From: Desulfatiglandales bacterium
GTDB lineage: Bacteria; Desulfobacterota; DSM-4660; Desulfatiglandales; Desulfatiglandaceae
Length of the DNA: 64,000 nt
Direction of reading: 5' to 3'
NCBI GenBank assembly: GCA_963662465.1
Contig: OY759599.1
Span: 4,544,001-4,608,000, forward strand
Shown: positions 18,601-27,806 of the stretch, one piece after another
How positions within the stretch are numbered: the stretch's first letter is position 1
Layout of the letters: each line of letters starts with the position of its first letter
The notes under the pieces: model-generated
The model's database searches: none
What the model was told of the DNA's origin: nothing
The model's input: the letters and a program-made list of their open reading frames with translations, nothing else
Made by a program: the position numbers and the translations under genes

Positions 18601-19528
18601 CCGCAATCAGAATCTCGACAAACAGCCGCTTCCAAAGCTAATGATCGCAGGGACAGCCCAAAGTGTTCTCTGCGTGGTTGATGAAAATGGAGAAATTGCA
18701 GCAAACGATAAGCGAGTCTATAGCATCTTCACCACTTCTATCGACGACCTGTGGTTTCTCGCAGGGATGTTGAATAGCTCAGTGATTTCTTTCTTTTTCC
18801 AAAGAATCGCTCGGCCCAAAGCAGGCGGCTTTTTCGACATCGAAACCCAGTTCCTCGCCCCTCTCCCCATTCCCCACACCACAGACGACGAAAAGACCCA
18901 AGTGGCCGAGAAAGCAAAGAACCTGCAAGACCTGCACACCCGTCGACGTGATCTTCTGTCGATGATCGACAAACGACTTGAAAGCGCTCAATGCGAAGAC
19001 GACAAGCGAGACGAGGGCTGGTTCTGGGCCGACGTCAAACCGCTGAAAGACTTTAAACAAGACGCCCCACCCGAATTGAAAGGCCGCGAGTTAACCACCT
19101 GGGCCAAACTGCAGCGAAATTTGAAACTGGCAGCCCACCTGGAACAAATTAACCCCATGCTTCGTCCGGGGGTAAAGCTCACTGTGACAAACGATTACGG
19201 CGAGTTGAAGGTTATGGCCGATGGCGCGGCGCTGATCGAGGGTATTTTCCTGGACGAAGACGAAGCGACATTCATCGCGGCCCAATGGCGACACAAGGCT
19301 CGTCGCACCAATGTCACCCAGAAATTTGATGCCAGCCGGTTGATATCACTCCTCCTCAAACTCCGCAAGACGAACAACCCGGCCATCATAAAACAGGTGC
19401 TGGGAATTGACGCCGATATCGAGACATTGGATTCTGAAATCGCCAAGGCTGAAGACGACATGAATCAACTCACCTACCGCCTCTACAAACTCACGAAAGA
19501 AGAAATCAGGCTGGTAGAGAGAGGATAA
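15680..19528 (+). CDS. type IIG/Eco57I-like restriction-modification fusion (nuclease + N6-adenine MTase + TRD)
   Basis: N-terminal AD..LG...GEFK PD-(D/E)xK; GVYYTP, DPACGSGAF, GNPPY; TaqI-C-like region GMLNS..; GGAGG RBS before TTG. Confidence 0.9.
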   Translation: MPEKHQPLFSTAYLRSIWAKDYETFKGSPEAEALHVRLKTWANKDWQKETTSEAAFIHLFFKQTWGYCASGESERDYGYTLQQQFPVKGAGQRGSTGAADVALGCFGRDDMAEVPQVLGEFKDDRSGLDKPQTSRPNARSPVDQCLDYLRESRTGLISPILPTWGFATDMNEFRLYVYGNKAQYQRFVIKPEEGDLAVSLLGDGAEALFQRFLFYRTLHADWLLTTGGKSRLEKLLGEQITHEQVLENEFYGEYHAFRETLYQALREHNPQYDQEGRLRRLVKFTQRILDRCLFILYCEDMGRELGFPPNVLRDVLIEVGASKFYNPESNQAWNMLKQLFAAMREGSPFGADRINKFNGGLFAKDPGMDILKIPNRVFCEQNQGQSTQRLLRYPKTLLYFSAKYNFGTADDGAGRTLTLTALGRIFEQSITDLEVMEAHAEGRESLTEITKRKRDGVYYTPEWVTHYIVEETVGARLCEIRKELGLDKFSTVSNEQIEAYRKDGRSAKIVGEYEKGLRQYRQRLDELRVVDPACGSGAFLIQAFKYLYEERQWIAKESERITGVMGLFDTHSAMRAVLSKNIYGTDINAESVEITRLALWLHTALPDQPLTSLDRNIRCGNSLIGHDFYRQASINRDLFGEDEQERVNTFDWEEAFPEVYERESSGFDCVIGNPPYVKLQNFRKMQEDVAGYLIKARAENGGPLYESTQTGNFDMYLPFIERGIELLNSKGKMGYIAPNVWMVNEYGKGLRQKLKRTRSLDRWIDFKSFQVFDEAITYTALQFFTGSGQDRIRCVFAPEGKEGIASIDWREVKDAVFFYDLPEKDSWQLIPAKEKKLMASLSLKNELLGSIAESISQGLISGAFWIFANERLSEGKYLHSPKQQVRKSSPHEIEVEEMITLRLATGDHIKRYQSVKTELGIIFPYTKGGKAKLYEPYVMERDFPKAFEFLLIYEEFLRQRDGGKLNDEHWYRYSRNQNLDKQPLPKLMIAGTAQSVLCVVDENGEIAANDKRVYSIFTTSIDDLWFLAGMLNSSVISFFFQRIARPKAGGFFDIETQFLAPLPIPHTTDDEKTQVAEKAKNLQDLHTRRRDLLSMIDKRLESAQCEDDKRDEGWFWADVKPLKDFKQDAPPELKGRELTTWAKLQRNLKLAAHLEQINPMLRPGVKLTVTNDYGELKVMADGAALIEGIFLDEDEATFIAAQWRHKARRTNVTQKFDASRLISLLLKLRKTNNPAIIKQVLGIDADIETLDSEIAKAEDDMNQLTYRLYKLTKEEIRLVERG

Positions 19529-19576
19529 GTATTTAAAAATGAGAGGGAAAAACGGTTACCGGTTCCGAATTTTACC

Positions 19577-20164
19577 TCACCCCACCATCACCAGACCGGC
19601 AACCCATGACATGGATTCATCAGGGTAATCGGCCCGAACAGGGGTCTTGTCCATGGGGATTCCGGCATTTTGCAACAATTTTAAGACGCTGATGCCAAAC
19701 CCGGACATGGAAGGACGTGCATATTGGGGGTTTCGACATTCCCCCTGTCCTGAAAGCACACGGCATGCCGCATGTTCACGGCAAAAGATTTTCTTGCATG
19801 ACCCACCCGCAAAGCCCTTTGATTCAGCGTAACCCATGCGAACGGCTGCCCGCTCCACACCCGAAACGATTTCATGAAGCAGTTGCATGACTTCATTGCA
19901 TTCATTTGAAAACATGATCGAAGAGGGGACATCAAGCCGAATCACCACGGCATGGCGCGTCTTCCGAATCAATTTTCGAAAGCCGGCGGGTCCCGAAACA
20001 TGGGGGGGACAGCTTAGCGAGAGTCCATAGGCTTCGCATGGGGTTTCCCGGCAAACCTTTGCCAGATCATCGTCAACAGGAACATCGCCCGCCCCTATAA
20101 TCCCAACCGCGCCGGCCCCCAGTCGAAAAGCCAGTTGCATGAGTTCATTCAATTTCAGCGACAC
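19577..20164 (-). CDS. DUF2284 Cys-rich metal-binding protein
   Basis: C-x4-C..YG..SCPP, GGSC...C...C...C, ARPSMSGFGI. Confidence 0.8.
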   Translation of the reverse strand: MSLKLNELMQLAFRLGAGAVGIIGAGDVPVDDDLAKVCRETPCEAYGLSLSCPPHVSGPAGFRKLIRKTRHAVVIRLDVPSSIMFSNECNEVMQLLHEIVSGVERAAVRMGYAESKGFAGGSCKKIFCREHAACRVLSGQGECRNPQYARPSMSGFGISVLKLLQNAGIPMDKTPVRADYPDESMSWVAGLVMVG

Positions 20165-20173
20165 ATTTTCTCC

Positions 20174-20503
20174 TCAAAATGCAAACAGTTCTTGCAAACA
20201 ATCAATGGTTCGAGCCTGTACGCTTCTTGAAACGGCGCCCAGCTTACGAACCAGCCTTGTTTTGTCGACGGCTCTTATCTGATCTAACAAAATCAATCCC
20301 GTTTTCCCTTGAAAAGTACATGAAATTCGGGTCGGGAAACCGAACCCCTTGGAAGTCATCGGCGCTACAATGACTGTTTTTAATGGGGACATTTCATCCG
20401 GTGAAACAACAATACATGGCCTGGTCTTCTTAATTTCAAAACCTTGGGCAGGGTCTAACTGAACCAGCCAAATGTCAAACCGCTTAATCTCTCGTTTCAC
20501 CAT
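20174..20503 (-). CDS. mazF: MazF/PemK family toxin
   Basis: RFDIWLVQLDP.QG.EIKKTRPC.VVS, VAPMTS, DQIRAVDKTRL. Confidence 0.93.
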   Translation of the reverse strand: MVKREIKRFDIWLVQLDPAQGFEIKKTRPCIVVSPDEMSPLKTVIVAPMTSKGFGFPTRISCTFQGKTGLILLDQIRAVDKTRLVRKLGAVSRSVQARTIDCLQELFAF

Positions 20504-20751
20504 TCCCAATCCTCATCATCAACCAATGGGGCATCCAGCCATTCATGGTCCATTGCATCAGATTCTTGGGATTGAAGCGCTTTTTCGAATTGTTTTTTCC
20601 AACCTTGCCTCGGCTTTTTGACCGGCTGGATTAAAAGCCCGTCTTCAACCACCTTCAATGTTAATTCCTTTTCATCCAACTGCGCTTGTTCGATAATGGC
20701 CTTTGGAATCCTCAAACCCTGTGAGTTTCCAATCCGTATTAAGGTCGTCAT
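20497..20751 (-). CDS. mazE: AbrB/MazE family antitoxin
   Basis: IRIGNSQGLRIPK, acidic C-terminal EDWEW; overlaps toxin; GGAGG RBS before ATG 20751. Confidence 0.9.
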   Translation of the reverse strand: MTTLIRIGNSQGLRIPKAIIEQAQLDEKELTLKVVEDGLLIQPVKKPRQGWKKQFEKALQSQESDAMDHEWLDAPLVDDEDWEW

Positions 20752-20773
20752 ATCTGCCTCCATTTTTCGGCTG

Positions 20774-20812
20774 ATGTAATTACATTATAATTACAATGCA
20801 GAAAACCGTCAA
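20774..20812 (-). promoter_or_regulatory. sigma70 promoter and operator of mazEF
   Basis: TTGACG-N17-TATAAT on the minus strand; palindrome ATGTAATTACAT at 20774-20785 overlaps the -10. Confidence 0.8.
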
Positions 20813-21049
20813 ATGAAAATAGCGTCGCATTTGCATGCAGTTTCAGCAAAATACTGGTTTGCCCTTACTTACGCCCACCCACGTTTGAACCGCTCAAATC
20901 TCATTTCAAGAAAAAAAACACCTTGACCTCAGTTAATTCAAAGCAATAGAAGAGGACTTCCTGGTGGATCATTCCCTCCAGGAATGCGAAAAATGCCACG
21001 ATTTACGGTTTACCTGTAATCACAATTCTAAAACGGAGGATGAAAAACG

Positions 21050-21961
21050 ATGAAAAAGAAATCGAAGATCGTTCTGCTTGCCATGTCCCTGTCCTGCCTG
21101 TTGAGCATATCTCTCCCGGTCCCCGCCCCGGCGGGAGACCGCCTGCCGGTTATCGTGAGCATTCTCCCCCAGAAGTATTTTGTTCAAAAAATCGGAGGCG
21201 ACCGGGTCGATATTTCCGTGATGGTGCTTCCGGGCGCCAACCCCGCAACCTATGAACCCAAACCGCAACAGATGGTCAACCTAACAAAATCAAAGCTATA
21301 CTTCGCCATAGGCGTTCTGTTTGAAACGCACTGGTTGAAAAAATTTGCGGGCTTCAATCCCCAAATGACGATTGTTTCCACTCAATCGGGAATAGAGAAA
21401 ATCTCCATGAAAGCCCATCTCCACAATGAGAATGAGGGAAAGGAGGATGCCAAAACAGCGGCTCACACGGAAATCAAAGACCCCCACATCTGGCTTGCGC
21501 CGCCCCTCGTGATGCTGCAGGCCCGGAATATCCTTGAGGGTCTTCTGAAGGTTGATCCACAACACGGAGAAACATACAAAGCTAACTATGGGAGATTTGT
21601 CCGTGAGCTGGTAGATCTGGACCTCAAGCTCATCAAGCAATTTAAAGACTCGGCGGAAGGCACACAGTTTATGGTCTACCATCCCGCGTGGGGATATTTT
21701 GCATGGGCCTATGGCCTGGAACAAATACCGATCGAGATGGAAGGAAAAAATCCAACGCCAAAAGAACTGCAGGCGTTGATCGGTATGGCCAAAAAAAATA
21801 GCATCAAGGTTATTTTTGTTCAACCGCAATTTTCAATAAAAAGCGCCAACACCATCGCAAAAGAGATTGGGGGTCAGGTGATGTTCGCCGACCCTTTGGC
21901 GTTGAATTGGGCTGAAAATCTCGAAAAAGTCGCCGCGGGATTCGAATCGGCGATGAGATGA
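21050..21961 (+). CDS. ZnuA/TroA-like metal ABC substrate-binding protein
   Basis: Signal peptide, VSILPQ, PGANPATYEP, DPHIWL, HPAWGYF. Confidence 0.9.
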   Translation: MKKKSKIVLLAMSLSCLLSISLPVPAPAGDRLPVIVSILPQKYFVQKIGGDRVDISVMVLPGANPATYEPKPQQMVNLTKSKLYFAIGVLFETHWLKKFAGFNPQMTIVSTQSGIEKISMKAHLHNENEGKEDAKTAAHTEIKDPHIWLAPPLVMLQARNILEGLLKVDPQHGETYKANYGRFVRELVDLDLKLIKQFKDSAEGTQFMVYHPAWGYFAWAYGLEQIPIEMEGKNPTPKELQALIGMAKKNSIKVIFVQPQFSIKSANTIAKEIGGQVMFADPLALNWAENLEKVAAGFESAMR

Positions 21962-22103
21962 AAAAAGCCGCTTTTGCCGATAGCAAGGACCTGATTCACG
22001 GGAGAAATCAGTTTTCTGTTGACAAGAAATCTCGTCACATCTATTCCTTATCTTGGAAGCGTTAGTTTTTCACCTTAACACCCAAAGAAAGGAGGATGAC
22101 GTA

Positions 22104-23507
22104 ATGGAAAAGAAGCAAACCAGGTTCCGCGTTGCAGTGCTGGGAGGGGTTTTCCTTTTTTTGATCATTTCGAGCGTAGCTCTTGCCGAAGAGATGGTCA
22201 AAAGCAGTTACAGCCCCGTTGTCATGACGGAACCATTTTCCAAAACCATGACCCGGATGGAAAATCAGAAGGATGAGGTCATGGCGCGCCAGATGGACCT
22301 GCTTAACGAGCGCTATGACATGAGCAATCGGCCCGCCGAAGGTCAGATGATGTCCGGCGGAACAAAGGCTATTCAGGAAGGGGTGCGGGTGAAACTGCCC
22401 GCCGGCGTTACCTGGAAACAGCTTGCTGCCATGACCCCGGAAGAAATCAAGGCAAAAGATCTCTGGCCCAATGGATTTTATCCCCTCCCCCACCCCAACC
22501 ACCCCGAGGGCGGCATGGTGTTCCCCAAATACCATATCGAAGAAATCAAAAAACTGGAGGGCAGGGACCTCACCCGATTTGATCTGGACTATGACCTGCC
22601 CGATCATTTTCTTCCCGAATACCCACCCCCCATCTTTCTGACCACCCGGCCGGACCTGGGGGATGTGTCCAAAGGGAAGGTGGTTAACATGATGAATTAC
22701 TTTGAGCTGTTTAACGGGATTCTGAACCCCAAACAGATCGAGGGCCTTCGCCTCCTGCTGACCGCCTTTCCGCAACAGCAGTTCAATCAGACGGATGATC
22801 GGCGCTCGAAGCTGCCCCATCGGGGGGTGACGTGTTTTGACTGCCATGTGAACGGACACACCAATTCAGCTACCCATCTGGTGGGGGACATTCGGCCCCA
22901 GGAGTTCAGGCACGGACTGGATACCCCGACACTTCGAGGTGTAAACGTCCAACGGCTTTTCGGAAGCCAGCGCGCCTTGAAGTCCGTGGAAGACTTTACC
23001 GAGTTCGAGCAACGGGCCGCCTACTTTGATGGAGATCCGGTCATCGGCACCAAAAAGGGCGTCAATATCCTGGACCGGGGAAGCCAGGTCCACTTTATGG
23101 CCGAATTTCAGGCCCTTCTGGACTTCCCCCCCGCCCCCAAGCTGAACATCTACGGCAAGCTGGATCCGAAAAAAGCCACAAAATCGGAGTTGAAGGGCCA
23201 GGAACTCTTTTTCGGAAAGGCCCAGTGCGCCGTTTGTCATCCAGCGCCTTACTATACGGATAACTCAATGCACAACCTCAAGGCGGAACGCTTCTTCAAA
23301 CCCCGCATGATCAATGGTCGGATGGCATCGGCTGACGGACCCATCAAGACCTTTCCCCTCCGAGGCATCAAGGACTCGCCGCCCTATTTTCACGATCGGC
23401 GTTTGATGACGCTGGAAGATACCGTGGAATTTTTTAACCTGATCCAGGAACTTAATCTCACCACCCCGGAGAAAAAGGAATTGGTGGATTTCCTCAGAAC
23501 CCTGTAA
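22104..23507 (+). CDS. periplasmic diheme cytochrome c, bCcP/MauG superfamily
   Basis: Signal peptide; CFDCH and CAVCH; DTPTLRG, KTFPLRG...PPYFHD; AGGAGG RBS before ATG 22104. Confidence 0.85.
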   Translation: MEKKQTRFRVAVLGGVFLFLIISSVALAEEMVKSSYSPVVMTEPFSKTMTRMENQKDEVMARQMDLLNERYDMSNRPAEGQMMSGGTKAIQEGVRVKLPAGVTWKQLAAMTPEEIKAKDLWPNGFYPLPHPNHPEGGMVFPKYHIEEIKKLEGRDLTRFDLDYDLPDHFLPEYPPPIFLTTRPDLGDVSKGKVVNMMNYFELFNGILNPKQIEGLRLLLTAFPQQQFNQTDDRRSKLPHRGVTCFDCHVNGHTNSATHLVGDIRPQEFRHGLDTPTLRGVNVQRLFGSQRALKSVEDFTEFEQRAAYFDGDPVIGTKKGVNILDRGSQVHFMAEFQALLDFPPAPKLNIYGKLDPKKATKSELKGQELFFGKAQCAVCHPAPYYTDNSMHNLKAERFFKPRMINGRMASADGPIKTFPLRGIKDSPPYFHDRRLMTLEDTVEFFNLIQELNLTTPEKKELVDFLRTL

Positions 23508-23526
23508 TCTTCAAGGGCGCTTCATA

Positions 23527-23565
23527 AAAGGGGCAGGCCAAAAATGGGCCTCGCCCCTTATTTTT
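23527..23565 (+). terminator. intrinsic terminator
   Basis: AAGGGGC-AGGCC..GGCCT-C-GCCCCTT then ATTTTT. Confidence 0.7.
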
Positions 23566-23584
23566 ATATTCTTATCAAGAAGTA

Positions 23585-24451
23585 ATGAAGTTTGTTTCAC
23601 CAGGGGGTGGCATGAACCATGAAAAAGGGTTTTTGAACCCACACAGCAATGAAAAGATTTTTTATCAGTGCTGGCTTCCCGAAGGTCCGGTCAAAGCCGT
23701 GCTGCTGCTGGTGCATGGGCTCGCCGAACATTGCGGACGGTACATGAACCTGGTCAACCGGTTTGTCCCCCTGGGTTACGGGGTTTATGGGTTCGATCTG
23801 CCGGGTCATGGAAAATCCCATGGCAAACGGGTATATATTGATCGATTTGAATATTATACCCGAATTTTGGCGGCTTTTCTGGACAAGGTCCGATCCTTAC
23901 ATGAAGCCCCCCCCCTCTTTCTGGTGGGTCACAGCATGGGCAGTCTGGTGAGCGCCGTTTTTCTGCCGGATCACCAGGAAGCATTTGCGGGCGCCGTTCT
24001 TTCCGGATCCGGGGTCATCAAGATTCCGGACGGCATTTCATCAGCTACCATTTTTGCGGGCAGGGCGTTTTCGGTGTTGATGCCCAAAATGGGGCTCATC
24101 GGACTGGATGTCAACGGCGTCAGCCGTGATCCGGCGGTGGTGCGGGCCTATGTGGAGGATCTGTTGGTCTATACGGGAAAAACAACGGCCCGGCTGGCGG
24201 CGGAGATCCTCAAAGCCATGCGGCGTTTCCCGGAAGAGGCGTCCCGGATTACCCTTCCAATCCTGCTGCTTCAGGGCGGCGCGGACCGGCTCGTGGACCC
24301 GGCCGGCGCTCAAATGCTCTTTGACGCAGTCCATTCCCATGACAAAACCCTGAAAATCTATGAGGGGTTGTATCACGAGATATTTAACGAGCCGGAGCAT
24401 GATCAGGTGCTGGCACATGTGGAGGACTGGCTGGAAAACCATATTCACTAA
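23585..24451 (+). CDS. alpha/beta hydrolase, lysophospholipase/monoacylglycerol lipase family
   Basis: VHGLAEH, DLPGHG, GHSMG, GGAD, YHEIFNE; true start may be 23612. Confidence 0.92.
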   Translation: MKFVSPGGGMNHEKGFLNPHSNEKIFYQCWLPEGPVKAVLLLVHGLAEHCGRYMNLVNRFVPLGYGVYGFDLPGHGKSHGKRVYIDRFEYYTRILAAFLDKVRSLHEAPPLFLVGHSMGSLVSAVFLPDHQEAFAGAVLSGSGVIKIPDGISSATIFAGRAFSVLMPKMGLIGLDVNGVSRDPAVVRAYVEDLLVYTGKTTARLAAEILKAMRRFPEEASRITLPILLLQGGADRLVDPAGAQMLFDAVHSHDKTLKIYEGLYHEIFNEPEHDQVLAHVEDWLENHIH

Positions 24452-24520
24452 TAACAACAGGAATTCATTGGTAGAAAAACGTAAAACTTAAAATCTAAAA
24501 CCCCAGACACCGGATAATCC

Positions 24521-25390
24521 ATGAAACGATTTACCTTTTCCCCAAAACTGGGCTGGTCGGTAAGCCGATACAGCCTGTTTGAAACCTGCAAGCGGCAATA
24601 CTACTACAACTACTATGCCAAATATGATCCGGTCCACCCCGTCAAAAAGATCCTTGCGCTGAAAAACATGACATCCATCCCCCTTGAAATCGGAAATATT
24701 GTCCACGACGTCAACAAAACCCTTTTGGAGAGACTGCAAAAAACAGCAAAAGCCATCGACAAAGTACGTTTTTTTGACTATGCAAGAAAAAAAACCGTAG
24801 CCTATGTTCACGCAAAAACATTTCAGGAAGTCTATTACGGCCAAATGAAATCCGTCAGCTCGGATAATCTTTTTGAGAGAGTTCGAATCTCCCTTGCAAG
24901 TTTTTTAAACAGTGATCGGTTTCCCTGGTTGATTGACCATGCGATAATAAATAAAGATGAATGGCTCATCGAGCCCCCCGGATATGGAGAAACCCGAATC
25001 AGCGGCACAAAGGCCTACTGCAAGGTGGATTTTCTATTCCCGGTGGAGGACCAACTCTTCATCATGGATTGGAAAACCGGAAAGCCCGACGCCGCAAAAC
25101 ATCACCGGCAGATGGTGGGATACACTGCCTGGGCCTGCTATCATTTCGAGAAGGATCCTGACAAAATCTCTCCCATTGTCGCCTACCTGTATCCTGGGTA
25201 CAAAGAAATTAAAATCACGGCAAAACCATCCGACATTGAGGCATTCGCAAAGCAGGTCAGAAAAGAAACAGCCGATATGAACAAATTCTGTCAGGATATA
25301 CAGAAAAACATTCCCAAGGACAAAACGGTCTTTACCCCGCAAAAGAGCAGGCTCTGCCATTACTGCAACTTCCGGGAGATCTGCGATTGA
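24521..25390 (+). CDS. PD-(D/E)XK nuclease, Cas4/AddB-like with four Cys
   Basis: WSVSR..TCKRQYY, GNIVH, KVD...DWKTG, QMVGY, CHYCNFREIC. Confidence 0.85.
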   Translation: MKRFTFSPKLGWSVSRYSLFETCKRQYYYNYYAKYDPVHPVKKILALKNMTSIPLEIGNIVHDVNKTLLERLQKTAKAIDKVRFFDYARKKTVAYVHAKTFQEVYYGQMKSVSSDNLFERVRISLASFLNSDRFPWLIDHAIINKDEWLIEPPGYGETRISGTKAYCKVDFLFPVEDQLFIMDWKTGKPDAAKHHRQMVGYTAWACYHFEKDPDKISPIVAYLYPGYKEIKITAKPSDIEAFAKQVRKETADMNKFCQDIQKNIPKDKTVFTPQKSRLCHYCNFREICD

Positions 25391-25417
25391 AGCGGAAGCG
25401 ACCCGCAAACTTTCACC

Positions 25418-27697
25418 CTATTGACTGTCGATTTTGTAATAGGAGTTGCTCAAATGCTTGTCGAACTTGAAAGATTCATTGAAAATCTCAAGCAATTTGA
25501 TGTTCTGCTTCCCGATCATGATGCAGTTCCCCACAATGGCATAGAAAAGAATGCTGAGGCGTGTTTTGCTTTCTTCGGTCCTGATCCTTTCAATCTGATT
25601 CTGGTTGAACTGATCCGCCAGTTTTCGCATGTACAGATACTGGTCAACGATGTTCTGGTAATCCACGATTTCTTTCCGGGTAAAAGAGGTTTCCGCCTTC
25701 AAAATGATATCCAGGATGCAAATCTTGATCTTCTTGAGTTCATCGATTTGGACATCCAATAACCCTTTGTGTTTATTGCCGATATGTTTATAGGACCGCA
25801 CCACGATATCCCTGTGTCCATCGGATATTTTCTGCAGGCGTCTAATGGTCTGCGCGTATTTGTACGATATTTTAGCGTCCCCTTTATGTTGAAGACGCAA
25901 CACCTTGAAAACGTTGGCCATGATAATATTGGTCCACAATTGAATCTGGTCGACTTTTTTCCGCTGTTTTTTCAGTTCATCAATATCCTGGTTAATCAAA
26001 GCGTCAAAGGTCAGGTCAAAGGATTCCCGAATGGCGCCCAAAAGGTGCGCCAGATGGTCAAATGTACTGGAAATGGCCATGTGCGCATCCTTGATTTTCT
26101 TCAGGTTAAAAACCCGTTCCTCCTCTTTTTCCTTGACGCGGCCCTTGTGTTTTTTCTGATTGTTCCAGATGACCAATCCCGCAAGCAGCAGAATACCGGC
26201 CACCCCCGGCGCCTTAAAAAAATAGATAACGGTTGCGAAGGCGCCGGAGACCACAAAGGCAATCAAAGCCGTCATAAACCATCCGCCGATCACCGTGAGA
26301 ACCCCGGTGACGCGATAGACCGCCGTTTCCATGCCCCAGGCCTGATCCGCAAAAGAGGCGCCCATGGCTACCATGAAGGTCACATAGGTCGTTGACAGGG
26401 GGAGTTTCATGGAGGTGGCAAAGGAGACCACGGCGCCGGCCACCATCAGGTTAACGGATGCACGCACCAGGTCAAAGGAAGGCTTGGGGCCCGGAACCGG
26501 CGCCGGCTTGTAGCTGTGGGGGTCTATTCGCCTGGCGATATTTTTTCTGAGATTGCGGGGAATAACGCTGCTTAACGTTTTAAAGAATGCATCCGCCATG
26601 TTCACAATGATCCGGGAAAGCCAGATGGACTCAAAACGCTCCGTGGTCTCTTCCTGATGACCCAGCCTGATCTCAGTCTCGGTAACCGTGCGGGCCTTTT
26701 TGCTAAACCACAGGGTCGCCACCATGATGATGCCCGCAATGAGCAGCACGCCGGTCTGGGAGTGAACCTTTCCTCCCAGGGCGCTCATGGCAACACTCAG
26801 CGGATCTCCCGCGGCCATGGCCGTCTTGTAGGCACTCAGTCCCGCCAAAGGGACGCCGATGAAATTGACCAGGTCATTGGCCGCAAAGGCCATGGCCAGG
26901 GCAAAGGTGCCCACCAGCACAATGGGTTTAAAGATATTAACCCTGAAAAAACAAATGGCCGCCTGCAACAGAACCGCCGAAATAACGAAAATACAAGCCA
27001 GGATCAGCAAGGAATGGGTGTTGACCCATAAAACCGCCTCAGACGTCATAAAAGAGGCGCCCTTGGCCCCCTTGATCAAAATGAAGAAGGCGATGGTCGC
27101 CATGGCAACCCCGCCCCAGAGAGCCCCATACCGTTTGAGTCTTTTCTGATAATCAAAGGTAAAGATCAACCGGGTAACGAACTGAACCGCGGCGCCGCAG
27201 CAAAAGGCCACGACGATGGAAAGAAGAATGCCGAACACAATCATCATGGCCTTTCCCGTGTTGATATATTCTCCAAGCGCCATGGCGCCATCCGGACTTT
27301 GCATGATCTTGATGGCGGATGCCGCCACCGCGGCCCCCAAAAGTTCAAACACAATGGAAACGGTGGTGGAGGTGGGCAGGCCATAGGTATTAAAAAGATC
27401 CAGGAGAAGGATGTCCGTCAGCATAACGGCCATGAAGATGGTCATCAATTCCGGCATGGTAAAAAACTGGGGATGAAATATGCCTTTTCGCGCCACCTCC
27501 ATCATTCCGCTTGAAAAGGTCACTCCCGCAAGGATGCCAAGACTTGCAATGATCATGATCACAAAAAACGGCGCCACCCTTGAACCGATGGAAGAATTCA
27601 GAAAATTAACGGCATCGTTGCTAACCCCCACCACCAGATCGAGAACTGCGAAAAGCAGAAGAATCACGACAGCGATCAGAAAAATTTCAGTTCCCAT
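25418..27697 (-). CDS. PiT-family inorganic phosphate transporter with C-terminal PhoU-like helical domain
   Basis: GVSNDAVN, PTSTT, FAANDLVN, LPLSTT; many TM segments. Confidence 0.88.
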   Translation of the reverse strand: MGTEIFLIAVVILLLFAVLDLVVGVSNDAVNFLNSSIGSRVAPFFVIMIIASLGILAGVTFSSGMMEVARKGIFHPQFFTMPELMTIFMAVMLTDILLLDLFNTYGLPTSTTVSIVFELLGAAVAASAIKIMQSPDGAMALGEYINTGKAMMIVFGILLSIVVAFCCGAAVQFVTRLIFTFDYQKRLKRYGALWGGVAMATIAFFILIKGAKGASFMTSEAVLWVNTHSLLILACIFVISAVLLQAAICFFRVNIFKPIVLVGTFALAMAFAANDLVNFIGVPLAGLSAYKTAMAAGDPLSVAMSALGGKVHSQTGVLLIAGIIMVATLWFSKKARTVTETEIRLGHQEETTERFESIWLSRIIVNMADAFFKTLSSVIPRNLRKNIARRIDPHSYKPAPVPGPKPSFDLVRASVNLMVAGAVVSFATSMKLPLSTTYVTFMVAMGASFADQAWGMETAVYRVTGVLTVIGGWFMTALIAFVVSGAFATVIYFFKAPGVAGILLLAGLVIWNNQKKHKGRVKEKEEERVFNLKKIKDAHMAISSTFDHLAHLLGAIRESFDLTFDALINQDIDELKKQRKKVDQIQLWTNIIMANVFKVLRLQHKGDAKISYKYAQTIRRLQKISDGHRDIVVRSYKHIGNKHKGLLDVQIDELKKIKICILDIILKAETSFTRKEIVDYQNIVDQYLYMRKLADQFNQNQIERIRTEESKTRLSILFYAIVGNCIMIGKQNIKLLEIFNESFKFDKHLSNSYYKIDSQ

Positions 27698-27806
27698 GCT
27701 GTTTTCCTTTAAAAAAACAAAAAAATTTCATTGCCTGACCAAAGGGGTGTAATGTTACTATGACAAAGGTTGTTTTGTATAGAATTTTTCGAAGGAGCGT
27801 AATCAA

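Noticed and set aside
19549..19566. AACGGTTAC after the RM gene matches the MITE terminus
   Set aside because: Only 9 bp; no partner end or target duplication on the other side of the gene
21958..22063. Short ORF overlapping the znuA-like stop, possible znuC remnant
   Set aside because: No Walker A or other ABC motif; too short to support
27745..27770. Possible Pho box (GTCAT-N6-ATTAC) upstream of the PiT transporter
   Set aside because: The second half-site is too degenerate to call without a genome-specific matrix
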